From the NCBI RefSeq assembly GCF_001949145.1, contig NW_019091355.1, positions 4,537,374 to 4,601,373 of the forward strand: a DNA stretch of 64,000 nt. Reading direction: 5' to 3'. The stretch comes from Acanthaster planci (Eukaryota). Below are positions 40,425 to 53,822 of the stretch, piece by piece. The notes beneath the pieces are model-generated. The model had not been told where the DNA came from. It made no database searches and saw only the letters and a program-made list of their open reading frames with translations. Position 1 is the first letter of the stretch. Every line of letters starts with the position of its first letter. Position numbers and translations under genes: made by a program.

Positions 40425-43400
40425 GTACACCTTTCATTCTTTCTCTCTTGTAGGGGTTGTGACAAGGACCACCTTTTATTCCCCCGTTTATCTGCATTTG
40501 GGGTTTCATTTATTACAATCATGGATAGATTGTGCAGATTCGTACGAAGCAAGGTCCCTCACAGGATCACGCCTTATGCACGACCACCCGTGTATTCATT
40601 TCTGTACCCTAGCTAGCAATGAGCCTTGTATACCTTAAAACCTTCATGCAGTGCTTCTACTAAAACCTTCATATCTTAGGGTTAGCTTCAATCTCGTGTC
40701 TTTTGTCGTCGTATGAGAGCTGATAAATCATAAATATTCCCACACATAATATTAGGATATATTCATTTTCCCTCCAGTAATCAAATGTTATACTCGATAA
40801 CAACGTGAATCGATGTTGAACGAGATCGGTGCACCGTACGTTCACTGTCACTGACGCCAGACGAGTTTTGCTTTCATAATTTTTACATGCATTTATACAT
40901 TTTCGGTTTTCCGGCCTTGGCGTATTTAACAGTTGCCCGTAAGTTATCAGAATTGCAAAATATCGAGGAGATTATCCTTTTATTACCAGTAGGCCTGTAG
41001 GCTTATTGATGTAAACAAACCGTAGCCCCCATGGTATTTTTCAATCCCTGGTTAGTTCGTCTTCACTGCTTTTGGTTCGATTCCCGAATTTTGTCTGACC
41101 GTCAGACCTTCACCTTTGCCCTGAGTTTTTATCTCATGTATATTACTTTGCGAAACAATTTTGTGTTCTTTCGCGAAGTTTATTGCGAGATTCGTAGAGG
41201 AACCCGTAAACACAGCGGACGAGGTCAGCAGAAACGGTGACACATCAAGAAGCAGAACACAAACCGCTTCTGTTCCAGCATTCTGTACATGATCCGAATT
41301 TCTCATTATTCCTGGAGGAAACAAATAAGATTGTTAAGTCGTGTACAGCTTCTTTCTTGGAAACAATACACGACTTAATGTACACGACTAAAACTTTTCT
41401 TTTAATCAACAGCTTCTTTTTCCGACAGTTGTAAACATTCCTACTTCCGCTTTTACTCGTTATGCAAGGATGTTTAATTTCATAACTCACGCGAACCGAA
41501 CTTATTGCAGAAATATTTTTTTCAACAATGGGATTTGGATGTACTATTTGTTTATTTGATGTACTTGTTTTCCTACTTGTTGTCCTGAAACAGTGATTAC
41601 AACTCTCATCCCTTAATAAGGGCAGTAACTCCGCTAAACCAACCTACGGGTCACAATGAAAGCTGAGTAGACATTCGATTAACATCTTGACTTCACTAGT
41701 GCTTTTGTTTCTGGCAGATTGTTAGATTATTATTTTTTTTAACTTTGATAGATGATCTTGGTTCATCCCGCATTTCCTGTCGTTTTATTCTGTAGTAACT
41801 TCATTCTTCTCAAGTAACCAGCAACGATTTGGTTTTTGTCTTGAGGAACACATCTTTCTCTACGCACCTTGTTCGTAATTGTAAGCTGAGAAAATGATTT
41901 CCGTGTATTTTTGTAATATCACAGTGAATTTAAATGAATTGAGTTGTGTTAAGTTTTACTGAATTTAATACACAAACAGGGGATTTACAGATGGGGGGGG
42001 GTTGGGGACATTTGCCGTTATCCCGTCTTAGAGAAAAATCTAAGCTCCCTAAAGTGTTCTCATCGGCCATTTGTGGAAGTCAACAGCTACAACGAGATCA
42101 CTCTATAAACAAGGAAGTGTTCATTGGAAAAAAAAACGGTGCGCCATCCTAAAGTGCAATCATCTCAATGGACGACCCGACGGTCGTTGCTATTGGCAGA
42201 CAGGCCCGCCACTGTCTTTTTTCGCAACCTTCAGTGTTGATCAAATAATCCCGAACAACCACCCAAACCAAGCCCCTGTAGTACATCCACAATTGCAATA
42301 CAATGATTAGAGGTCGCGGCCGTCTTGGACAAAGATTCCGCCCACGGTAGATAACATAAATCACATGAGTGAACTCACATTTTGAAGAGGACATCCCCAA
42401 GACTTACCGAGACAGTTTTGATCACACTCAATGAAAATGAAATGAAATGAAAATGAAAAAAGCAAGCAGATGTTAAATGAAACCAAAGCAACATTCTCTC
42501 AAAGTGAACAGATCGAAACCTGAATTTGCTTGTTTTGTTCAAGTTATTCACACAACTCCGTCCATTATGATAAATAATTAAATGATATGGTCATTAAAAA
42601 GCACAAATTAAAATAAACCCACAGTGATACCTTTGTAATAATGAGATGATAATGACATTTAACTCTGAGACTTAATTTTGTGTATGAGCTTTTTTTGACT
42701 ACCGTAAAACCACAGCGAAGCAAACCTTCCTCTATTTCCCAACCTGTTGTTCATCAATCACCTAGACCTTTCTTAGGTGGCATGATTTGAAGGTGAATTC
42801 AAGGAACAAGGAAGTGGCTTCGTCCCAAACAGAGAACTATGATTACTTTCGACATGCCTTAGGTCAAAAGAAAGGATAATCGCTTTAGCTTAATCCGGGA
42901 AGATGTGCTTGGTGTTTTCAATGAGAGGATAGAACTGTTTAAAGATGGATTTTCAAGGATTTTTAAAACATTCTTCGGGTGTCCGACGTGAGAAACTGTA
43001 CATTCCAAGACATCTGTACCTATACGTGCAAGTACGAAGTATGTAATCCCAACAATCCAGAATACAGTCGTGCTGAACGATAGGTCAAAACTGTATTAAA
43101 TTGCTTTGGTTTTGTTCCAAACTAAGAAAATACCTGTGTTCACCTCAATGAAACTCGTAATAGTGGGAACATTTGCCGTCCTTAATGTATTTTTGTCTTT
43201 GTCAATAAAACATTTATTCTCTCATAAAACCAAATGTAGACTTTGAGCAGACACATTTTCAATTTCAAAACAGAAGTTGAAAGCAGATAATTAAGCTCAG
43301 GAGAGCCTAATTTTTTTTTAATTTTAGGGGAAGGGGAAGCACCCCTCTCCCTTGCCACATTTGGGAGGAGCCCCCACTGCTCCATCATCTGCCCACGGTT

Positions 43401-44715
43401 GGGCTTGGCAGACCTACCTATAAGAACATGTTTCCTGGTCTAGGATAAAAGACTCGGATGGATTAATGAGGTCGGATTATGAGGGGATTTGCGACTTTGA
43501 CCGAAAACAGGAGAGAAACAGAGGGAACGTTCAATCTAGCCTATGCACACGGACATGCTACTTCGCAGTGTCTTCTGTTTTCAGTGCCGTGTGCTGCCTG
43601 GCTTCTGAAGTCTCCCATACGAAAGTCAGCACAGCATTCACTAACTTTCGTGTTCTGCCGCTCAGAATTAGTACCATTTGCATTATTTTTCCCCGTGAAC
43701 GGTTTAATGCTATAGCCCTGGCTCCTCTTAGCACCCTGCGCTTTCGATAATTGCGCCAAATCCTAATAATTTACACCGGGAGAGATGCCGGCTTTCTGTG
43801 GAAAGAGAAGTAGGAGCCTTCAGAAATAACCCAGTGACCCAATCCGGCTGAGCCGCGGGTCCCCCCTGACGGAAACCCGTCTTCACTTTCACTTAGCAGA
43901 GTTGTCAGGCCCAGCCCGCCTTGGCAGGCAGGACGCGGCTGTTCGGTGGATCGCCTGCTCGCTGACATTATCAGATTCTCCCGGCTTACGCGAAGTGTCA
44001 GCCAGCCAATTGGCTGTCGGCAACCAATTAGGTTTGTACTTTGCTTATCATATGACACAATCAGAAAAATGACAATGCCAATTTGTCTCCGTGTATCCAT
44101 GCTTTGTTGTACTCAAGCATAAGATAATTGTGTAAACGGATTGTCTGTAAACCCTACCGTGGATTTCATTCAGTCGAGAGGACAGTTTGAAAAAGGATGG
44201 AATTTCTAAAAGACAGTTCGTTGGGAAAAATCAACAAAATATACCACATATGCCCCGACCCAAAAATGATCACTTTGCAGGTTTAACCTCAACATTTTGC
44301 ACGAAACATACATCTGACTGGTCGCATACAAAAGGAAATAGTCCAGATCATCCAAATCAAAATAGAATTTCACCAACTACTCAAGGATATGTTATAGATG
44401 TTGTTGATAATGATTTTGATAAATCTTGGTCTGTTTAATCACTTTGTCAGTTTTCCCCTTTCCCTTGGCAACTGCACTGAAGGGCAATAGAGGGTAAGGA
44501 GTTTCAGCAACTGTAGGAAAACGTCACTGTGCACGAGTATAGTTGGAGTCACTTGCTGCCCCCCCCCCAACTTTTTGGTTTAGTGTGATTTGTTTGCATA
44601 TTCCGTCTTTGTCGACGTGCTTTCGTTTTGTAACAGACCTCTATTCAAGCAATGTCGCGTGAGATACAATAAGAATACGCCTGCAGGTCGTGAAACATTG
44701 AACGTATGTAGTATC

Positions 44716-44968
44716 CACTGTAAACGAAAGTCATTTTGTGCTCAAAATGACTAATATAGGAAGGTCGGGTCTCGATGACTTATTAAATCAAGACAGGACT
44801 AATATTAAGTCGACAGTGCCTGATGTCGATCAATGTTAACTGATATTTGACTTATCTTTGACCAGTAAATGTTAGTCATTGGCCTGTCTGAGTAATTTAA
44901 ATTAGCCATTTAAGGCAAGCGCTGGATTAACTTTTATCGGTCAAAATGACTAATTTTTGTTTACAGAC
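44716..44968. mobile_element. Degenerate CACTG-type MITE
   Basis: Left end cactgtaaacgaaagtcattttg; right end caaaatgactaatttttgtttacag (imperfect inverted). Repeated tgacta/tagtca-like internal motifs. Confidence 0.6.
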
Positions 44969-45571
44969 TGACAGGACATGTTCGAATTACCGAACTGGAA
45001 TTTTCTCCCAAAGCATCGGCAAAAGTTTGTCACTTGTGCCACGAGTGCTGATATTTTTTACAGGTTGATTTATTCTTCCAAAGGGGCTCATTGCAATCTG
45101 TCGCATGACACCACATGCAGTAAGTTAGTCTTGATCCTGCCAATTTATAGCTCGTTTGTAAGTTCTGGGACAATCTTGGGTATCATGGTGCACGCTATGT
45201 CAGCTCGTAAATAATTTCCAGTCTAGCATTATGAATTAGGGGGGCCTGATGGACATGTGTTCGAAATGGAAATATTGCCGCCAGATGTGTTCCTAATTTT
45301 CTGTTATTAAAGTTGTGTTAGCAACTGTCATGACTTCACTTATTGGCTTCATGGTATACTGTTATGCGGCAACTATTAGGTTTAACGGCAATAAGAATCA
45401 CAACCAAGAACCAGTCTAGAGCAATGCCGCGTGGAAGACAGCACCATGTTCAAGATTCACACCTTCCAAAGTCTGGTGCCCTGCCATCAATTTCCTATTG
45501 CTGAACCTATCTCTGTCACTGTCTCTATGGAATGAGGGTGTCCGTCTGTCCTTTCACCATATGCAGCAAGG

Positions 45572-45743
45572 TATGAGACGGAGAGAACCCCCCCCCTGCT
45601 TTGTGTTGGTCATTGTCTCGCAGGAATCTGGGAAATTCCTTTCAGACATCTTGGGGGATGTGTTAAGTAACAATAGTCTGGAATGCGTATAGGGATTGGA
45701 CATGTGGGGGGGTACCCCTCGGTCTCATTTCTTGCTGGGTATA
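45572..45743 (+). repeat. Dispersed repeat, copy 2 (Pitx intron, ~390 bp upstream of the homeobox exon)
   Basis: Colinear with the reverse complement of 334-523. Confidence 0.85.
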
Positions 45744-45975
45744 CCTTTCACGCCAATGCTAGAAAGCGGCAGAGGGTCTTCGGGAAACTAGAAAAGAACG
45801 GCTTGTGAGAGCCACTCGAGTCGAGAGCTTGTCATCTCAATACTTCGAGTGGCAGGACTAAGGGATGAACTAGCCTTGAGCGTGTTTGCCTCGTCGTATG
45901 CCCGAAGAACTAGGGTCATGGTGACGTGGACGGCCGGCACTTTGTGATCCCGACTACGAAGATCAGAAACGGTGA

Positions 45976-46389
<414 letters not shown>

Positions 46390-48107
46390 TAATGACGCTA
46401 CCAATAAACAGCAGCCTCTGCAAACTTCAGTGTTCTTATTAATGCAGTATAGGCTTCACGCCACAAATTGAAATGGTTTTCCAAAGTTACACTTGAAATT
46501 CAAGCTGTTATTTGTGATTGCATGAAAGTTATAATACATTTGGTCTCACATTTTATTTGGCAAAGAGAAGTTAATCCTCTATCGTGCAGAGAAAGCTGAA
46601 CCATATATGGTAGCAATGGAAATCTCCTGCTTTGTATGGGCATTTTTGGCGACACTGACAAGTCATGATTTTGAGTGTCTTTCTTGTGTCAACTTTCTAT
46701 TAACCCCTCTGTGTGCCCCTTAGCAAGTGTTTTCCTCTCAAATGTCTTGTTTGTTTTTTCTGTCTTTTCTTCATAGTGGATTCTCTGTCCACTCTCTCTT
46801 TACCGTGTTCGTCATTGAATAGTTTCGTTTTTACTTTTATGCATTTTGTGTACCTTCCCAGTAGAAACATAGATGAAATAAGACTGCCAGATTCCACACA
46901 GTGCTCTGCATTTGAGCTTGATTTCCTCGGCACATTACCCTCGTGGACTGTCGAGGAATCGATAATGACATATACGCGCCTTCGTATCATAAGCAATGTG
47001 TTTGAATATTAAAATGTCCAGCGATCTCCAGCTCTTGCCGGTGTGCTGTGCGAACCATTTCCGTTGCTGTTTGCTTTCTTTTTGGGGGTGGGGGGCTCTA
47101 TAAGCCCCATTCCTTGAAGACACAGCCGCTGTTTACTTTATGTCATCGTTAATCAGTCCTCCGAATTCAATTCAATTCAAATCACAAACGCAAGACCTTC
47201 CATCCCTGCTGTAGGTCTTTATTCGCCTATATCAGTATCAAACCGTACCAAGGCCAACCCGTCCCCTTCAACGATATGGGATTCTTACTACACACCGACA
47301 ACAGTTGCCTTTTTCTGTCTTTGAAAAATAGTCATTCTTTATGACATTGATATTCTTTTTCCTTTTTCGCATTATCGAGGAGACTTGGACTTTGTTAAAA
47401 GGGGTAACTTTGGCGCGATTTACACCCAAGGGGAAAACAGAGTTGATGTTTTGGCCAAGGTTGAATCCTCTGCGTATAAGGCACCCAGCAAAATCCTTTG
47501 CAATGCTCTCCACGTTAGAAGTCGGTGATTGGACATTTTCGAGATGGCGTCTGTAGCAAACAAGACAGAAAAACTACAACCATTGGACCAATAAAGCTCA
47601 TACCAAGTAATTAAAGACTCTTTTCATGTAGGCATGAAAGTCCTTTCTGATAATAGTTTGTCCAGGAAGGATGTTTATCTCATGTCAAAATTTACTAAAA
47701 TGTCAAGAAGATTTTTTTTTCTAACTGCGAGCTCCTTGATTATTGATTCGTCCTGTCAAGAAATCAGATTTAAATCATTTTAAGATTCTCGTGATAAAAT
47801 GGCATCAAGATGAAACGACTTTTTAGTGACTTTCTTATGAAGGCAAAACACTCTACATCAAGTTTTTTACAGGTATGAGTTCAGAATTGTTCCATGGTCA
47901 CTTCAAATTTACCTGCTGTTTACTGCTTCTGACAAAGGGCATGTTCTTCATGAATGATTCAGTGCAATATCGCTAACGTCCTTTGCGAAACACAGCATTT
48001 ATAATTCAGACGGGCTTTAAAGACACACAGAACGAAATGACGTAGTAAGGAGTTTTTGACTTCAAGTCATTGTGAAGACTAGCAGTAACATCTCCTGGCG
48101 ATCCTTT

Positions 48108-48128
48108 TTGTTGTTGTTGTTGTTGTTG
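48108..48128. repeat. (TTG)7 microsatellite
   Basis: ttgttgttgttgttgttgttg. Confidence 0.9.
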
Positions 48129-49091
48129 CATTTCGTTTGTTTTAAATATTATTCATTCCCGGTAACACTTATTTCAAAATATCCTTGAACCACAGAAATC
48201 GAAATCTGTAGGCGAAAATTGGCTTTTTGTTTCATTTTGATAATTTCAGATTGTTAATTTAAAACGAAGGTACCTGAATTTTTGAGGCATCCGGGTGCAT
48301 GCTATTATCCAAAGTAACGCTTAAATAAAACTTACATGTTCACTTTTATTAAAATGACACAGACATGACCTGAATCTACAGTCACAGAAAAGTAAGCTAT
48401 TTCAAACATATCGCAGTTCGCTTATTTTCGAAATCTAATGCCATAAAATAAATTGATCTTTTAATGTTTGAAACTCATCAGGAATCTTTTAGAGTATGCA
48501 TAATTTCTGTGCATAAAATATGATGTTTCACGTAGCTAGAGCATCGGCTATCAACGTGAGCATTTGTGGTTCGTGGATTTACAATACTGAGAGAAACAAC
48601 TTTGATTGGGCACTATCGCTGTGTGTCACATCGACTAAACCCACACGCTCACAGACGGGCACGCCGGCCAATGTCACGGCTGAAACGAAAGGGCGGCTTA
48701 TTAATTAAACTCCCCTGTGGATGAACTTGATCGTCAGGAAATGGTAATTAATGAACAGGTCGTACTCATGCCCCGCTGAATAGGCCGAGAGATGGGACGG
48801 GAGGGGGCGCTGCATTGACATTTTGGGAGGCAGAGTAGTGACGGGGGTCATAGGTCATCCTCTCAGTTACTGTCTCAGTTGTCACTGATTTGTTTCTTCA
48901 TTTCTTTGGTTTTGGTAGTTCCTACAAGGATTTATCATAGCAGTCCCTTGAGTAGGAAGTGGGGAAAATATTTGTCGTTTGGGTAGCCTCTAATTTCGTG
49001 ACTGTCACCTCCGTCATATTGTGATTTTTACCCCAAATTCGATATGAAGGCGTGGCATCAGTACGACAACATTTGGCGTTCATTTAATGCT

Positions 49092-49205
49092 TATCATTGT
49101 CATCGTCATCATTGCCGATGACATCATCGTCCCATCATTGTATCCGTCATCTCAGTGTCATCCACAACACCATCACCATTTTGCGTTGTCACTGAAGTCA
49201 TCGCC
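49092..49205. repeat. Degenerate (CAT/CGT)n low-complexity tract
   Basis: tatcattgtcatcgtcatcattgccgatgacatcatcgtcccatcatt... Confidence 0.6.
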
Positions 49206-52130
49206 ACACTGCACCCTGACAATGACACCTCCCTATTACCTCTAACACGTCGTCACGCACTGATATCATTTCACGGCCATCACGGTTCCCTGATCAACCC
49301 CACCCCCATCAGATCGCAGCGGTCATCAGCCCCCCCCCCCCATTTTCACAGTGCCCAGCCCACCTCGCCGTTTAGTCGCTTGATTTGACCACCAATTCCC
49401 CAGGCTGGATCAGTGCTTCGTCTCCCTCGAGTCAAGATTTGAATCAAGACCTGGGGAATTCTCTCCAGTCCCTTGCGCTTCACCCCCCATCCCGCTACCT
49501 CTTGACAAAAGGGGCGCAGTTTACGGTGCCCTGCAGGGCCGGAGCAACGGAGCATTCATTCACTATCACGTCCATAATAGCTACAGGGATTTTAGTGTTA
49601 ATTAGCTCCTACATCCTGCGTACAAAGTCAGCGAGGCTCTTCCGCGCGCGAATACGCCACGAGTTTATTTTCCCATTAAGCGTTGGGCATTCTGCGGTGA
49701 TGGCGCCTGGCCCAGTGGCGACGTATGGTCCCACAGTCATGAAATTTCTATGAGTGAAATGGATGCACCGTTGTGCCTGTCTATGGTACATTGTATGTAT
49801 TAAAACATTCTTTTCAAGCATATAAAGATATAAAAATCAACCATAAATATAATATCGTCTGGGCATGGCGTACATGAAATATTACAAATAGCGGGTTTTC
49901 AGGGTTTAAAATGTGCATTCCATTTCGTGGCTCCAGTGCGTTTATGCAAAATTCATAAAGACGGTCGATCATTAATATTTATATTGTTAATGGAACTAAT
50001 TCCGTCGAAGACAAAAGGCACTGGAAAGACAATGTCATCTGTCTGTGTTGAGCATAAAACTCACGCTCAGTTATCATAAAAACGAGGGCGAAGCTGAAGT
50101 TTATCCTATAGACAGCACCAGAGGTTTGCCGTTTTCCGCGCACCCATTCATGCAAATTGTATTCTATTTTCCCAGTGTTCAGCGAGCAGTGTAATTGCAT
50201 TTTAGTTTACAACATGACGTTAAATTGGAAAGATTAAGGAAATTTCGTGACCCAATTTGCAGGGTTATATTTTAATAACAAGACAAGTGTGAGTGCAACA
50301 GCTGGCAATTCCATTTGATATATTTGTGGCGTACAAACCCGACATGCACTTTGATGTCTGGGCTTGACTTAAAACAGAACTGAGTGTGGAAAAAGATTTG
50401 TTTTACGGAAATGTTCCAGTTGTGTCAGGCATTCCAGGTTTCATGGATAGCATTTGGGGAAAAAAAAGAGGGTGGTTGTTTTCTTGATTGTCCTTCCTAG
50501 AAATTCAGACACGAAGTGTCTCTCAGCGGCCATGACCAGCTGGGACCGGCTTGTAGACTTACCGCGCATGAAGGAAGCCCCCGTCCAGCGGTGTCGTAAA
50601 CACAACGGCTTGGGCTGCGCATTTTGTTATTATCGAGCATATGGATTATATTCTGGGGGCCATCCCCCCCCAATCAAATTGCGACAATGAAACCCACGTG
50701 ATCGGGNCTAGTGTCACCTTTCGTAGTGATAGATTGAATCAAGCTTCACGCGGGCAGATGTCTATTTCTGGGAAAAAAAAATTATCATTGTACAAAGTGT
50801 GATGCCAAAGAATCTTGGAGGCAGAGATGTTTCTGTACGCGGCAATTAACTGGCGGGTACCAACCAGCAGCGGGATGCTAGACAGGCGTTACTGACTGAC
50901 GATTTGTGATCTGAGCCAAAAGTGCATCAGACGGTTGTATTGAATTGACTGTTTCTTCACTGCTGTCGACACCTACTCAAACTGTTGCTGAATTGAGTCA
51001 ACCTTGCCCATCGGGCATTTGGGACTCTGTAGTGTACATGCACATGCGTTCGACGTTCAACGCGGCTTATGTGGGATCTGAATTCCTTTTGTAAATTGGT
51101 GAATAAAATTTTATACCTGCCCCTGGGCATGTAAATTTTCAAATTACAATTTTGTACGGCCACAGAATAAGAGGAACGCTGGCGATGCACTGAGAAATCA
51201 TCCTGACTGCTGCCGTGACTGGAACTCGGTGTTGCTCCAGAAAGATCCAGCGGTGCATTGCACTTTGCGGAAATTTCCCCCTAAATCTTTTTCGGAAACC
51301 TCGACTTGGATGGGGGTCAGAAGGTCCCCGGGCCCTGTGCGCGGTGAAGCCCTTGTGGATGGCCCAGGACGGCACGCCAGTAATCGGTGCACCCTACCGA
51401 AAAACAAGCGCGTGGTCACCAGTATACGGGCCGTTTCTGGTGACCGACAACCAATTGGGGTCATACCCCACGAGACCTGAAATTGAAAATATTTGTGTCT
51501 TGGCTGGCATTGGGGCCCCCTCTTTCGAGGATATGAGGACAGACACTTACACCAACGTGCTGGCAACCAGTCGTGAAATCACGTGTGAACATTCATGAAA
51601 TCACGCGTGACTGTACGCCTAACACGTCTCATGCCTTCGGCGCATGGATACTTTTAAAACGGGTAACCAGCAAGAGACAAATGATACAAAATTTCTCTCA
51701 ATCTGAAATTAGGATGCGATGCCGAAATTCTAATCACTTCTTCAGCTCCCTCCCTCCTTTTTTCATTTCGATTGAATTTCACCATCGTCAACTCCAGTCG
51801 CAGGTGTTGCCTTCAACAAATTAAAACAGATGATTAGTGAAATTAACCCATGCGCAGCAGATGTTTCCATTCAGTCAAAGTATCAAGTGTGACAAAACAA
51901 AAAAATCGAACTTCAGTCAAACGTGCAATCGCATTCATCAGTCACTGTCAAGGACAAACCGTTCATATTGGCAGCATGTGGTGAGGTTCTCTTATCATTC
52001 ACCGTTTTTTAATGTACACAGAATATTTACGGTCCTGTCAAGGTTTGTACCTGTGTCCAATTCTCTGTCTCTGTGGCTACAAACTTTTTAATACGCCTTA
52101 TTGATGTTAAGTGTCCAATAGTATTACTTA

Positions 52131-52495
52131 AATTAGCCATTTACGAGTTAAATTTGAATAAAATCTGGTACACTGAGTTCTTTAAATTCCTCATGAACAT
52201 AACAACTTGAACATTCCATACTAAAACCACTGTTGCTATACCTCGCGATTCGGGCAAGCTGTTGCTTAGTTACATATTAAAGAGACGCCTTGCAACAATA
52301 CATTATTCTCCATGGATAAGAACGGCAAAAAGGAACCAGTCCATTCTAGAGATGGTGGACGCTATGCAAAAGCTTGCCCCGAATCATGAGGTATAGCAAC
52401 AGTGTCTTTAGCCTGGGGAAATTGTTACGTTTCTACGCAATCAGATAACACCCTGTACCAGATTTTATTCAAATTTAACTCGCAAGTGGCTTATT
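52131..52495. mobile_element. Foldback MITE with long inverted arms, in the last Pitx intron
   Basis: ~40-bp TIR aattagccatttacgagttaaatttgaataaaatctggtaca / tgtaccagattttattcaaatttaactcgcaagtggcttatt, and inner inverted repeat cactgttgctatacctc..attcgggcaagct / agcttgccccgaat..gaggtatagcaacagtg. Second copy at 22067-22391. Confidence 0.88.
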
Positions 52496-53294
52496 GAACG
52501 GGTAACTGTAAGTTTCGTGTTCTGTCTTGTTTGTCTCTACTCCATTGTTTAATCTCCAAACTATTTGCGAAGTCACTTTTTTGTCTGGTGTCATTTTCTC
52601 CGGGTAAATGTCTGCCTTCTCCTACCTGTTTTCCTGCACGTACATATTACCTTGGTGGATTGTCAGAGGTCATCAACATTCCGAGGTGCAACACTGCTAC
52701 CATGTCTTTCTGCATGACCTTTTCAGTCTCATGCTAGACCTCTTCTATTCTACTCACGATCGTCTTTCATAACCCGTAACATATCCGTACTCGCCCCTCA
52801 ACCAGCCTTCTGTCATATCGGGCCTTATTTCCGACCCTTTCCATCATCAACTCGGTTGGGGCTCGGTCGGCAAGATTACAAACAGGGAGGGGGGAAAGAA
52901 AAAGTGCACCACATCCAAAACAGCTGCCGCGGACTGGCGCGCGAGAGCTGAGCCAATGAGGGCGAAATCTCGAGTTCTGATTGCCCAGTACCGAGGGGAT
53001 TTGCGGGGCCCATCTTTTCGATCAAGTCCGCCCCGTGCAGTGTACACACTGCGATATTGCTTTGCGAAACTCGACACCGAGATCGCATTTGTCGAAAAGG
53101 CAGAGTCGGGGAGAGAACACCTCTTGCCGGCTCGGCATCGGCATCCAGTTTCAATCCTCTCTAAGGTCATTACGTGTAAAGGATACCCTCCAATCTCGAT
53201 TCGATATTGATTTTTAATTAAAGATGAATTTGTTTGTGCTTGAGCATCCACCCTTTTTATTCTTCCCCGTCTCTTCCTTCCTGTATGGTGACAG

Positions 53295-53822
53295 GTGTGG
53301 TTCAAGAACCGGCGAGCCAAGTGGAGGAAGCGAGAGCGGAACCAGCTGAATGAACTCAAGAACGGCTTTGGCTCTCAGTTCAACGGTCTGATGCAGCCCT
53401 TCGATGACGGCTTGTACTCCGGCTACTCCTACAACAATTGGGCCGCCAAGTCGGCCAATCCCCTGGGGTCCAAGGGCTTCCCCTGGTCACTGAACACTGT
53501 GAATCCGCTGGCCGGGGTCTCCAACCAGCCCATGTGCTTCAACCCGCAGACCACCATGAGCTCCGGCTTTCCCTCATCCAACGTCAACGGCGTCATGAGC
53601 CACCAGAACCTGAACAATTCGGCCGGTGCTGCCGCGGCGGCCTGTCCGTACGCCTCGGTGCCGGCGTCATCCTACATGTACAGGGAACCTTGCTCCAGCA
53701 GTATTGCCACGCTTCGCCTTAAAGCCAAACAGCATTCCGGGATGGGAACATTTAGTTATCCTGTCCGTCAAAGTCCAACATTATCAGCTTGTCAATACGC
53801 AGGGCTTAATGGCCCAGCATAA
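53295..53822 (+). CDS. Pitx: Pitx terminal coding exon: homeodomain helix 3 (K50), C-terminal region and OAR domain
   Basis: Acceptor ...cttccttcctgtatggtgacag|GTG TGG TTC AAG AAC. Encodes [48 protein letters not shown], the OAR motif [14 protein letters not shown] (~53694-53735) and LSACQYA, all Pitx hallmarks. Stop TAA ends at 53822. Confidence 0.98.
   Translation: MWFKNRRAKWRKRERNQLNELKNGFGSQFNGLMQPFDDGLYSGYSYNNWAAKSANPLGSKGFPWSLNTVNPLAGVSNQPMCFNPQTTMSSGFPSSNVNGVMSHQNLNNSAGAAAAACPYASVPASSYMYREPCSSSIATLRLKAKQHSGMGTFSYPVRQSPTLSACQYAGLNGPA

Noticed and set aside
50707..50707. Single ambiguous base n
   Set aside because: Assembly or heterozygosity artefact in an intron.
51571..51611. Two ~22-bp direct repeats (CRISPR-like?)
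   Set aside because: Only two imperfect adjacent units with no spacers or cas genes; a simple tandem duplication.
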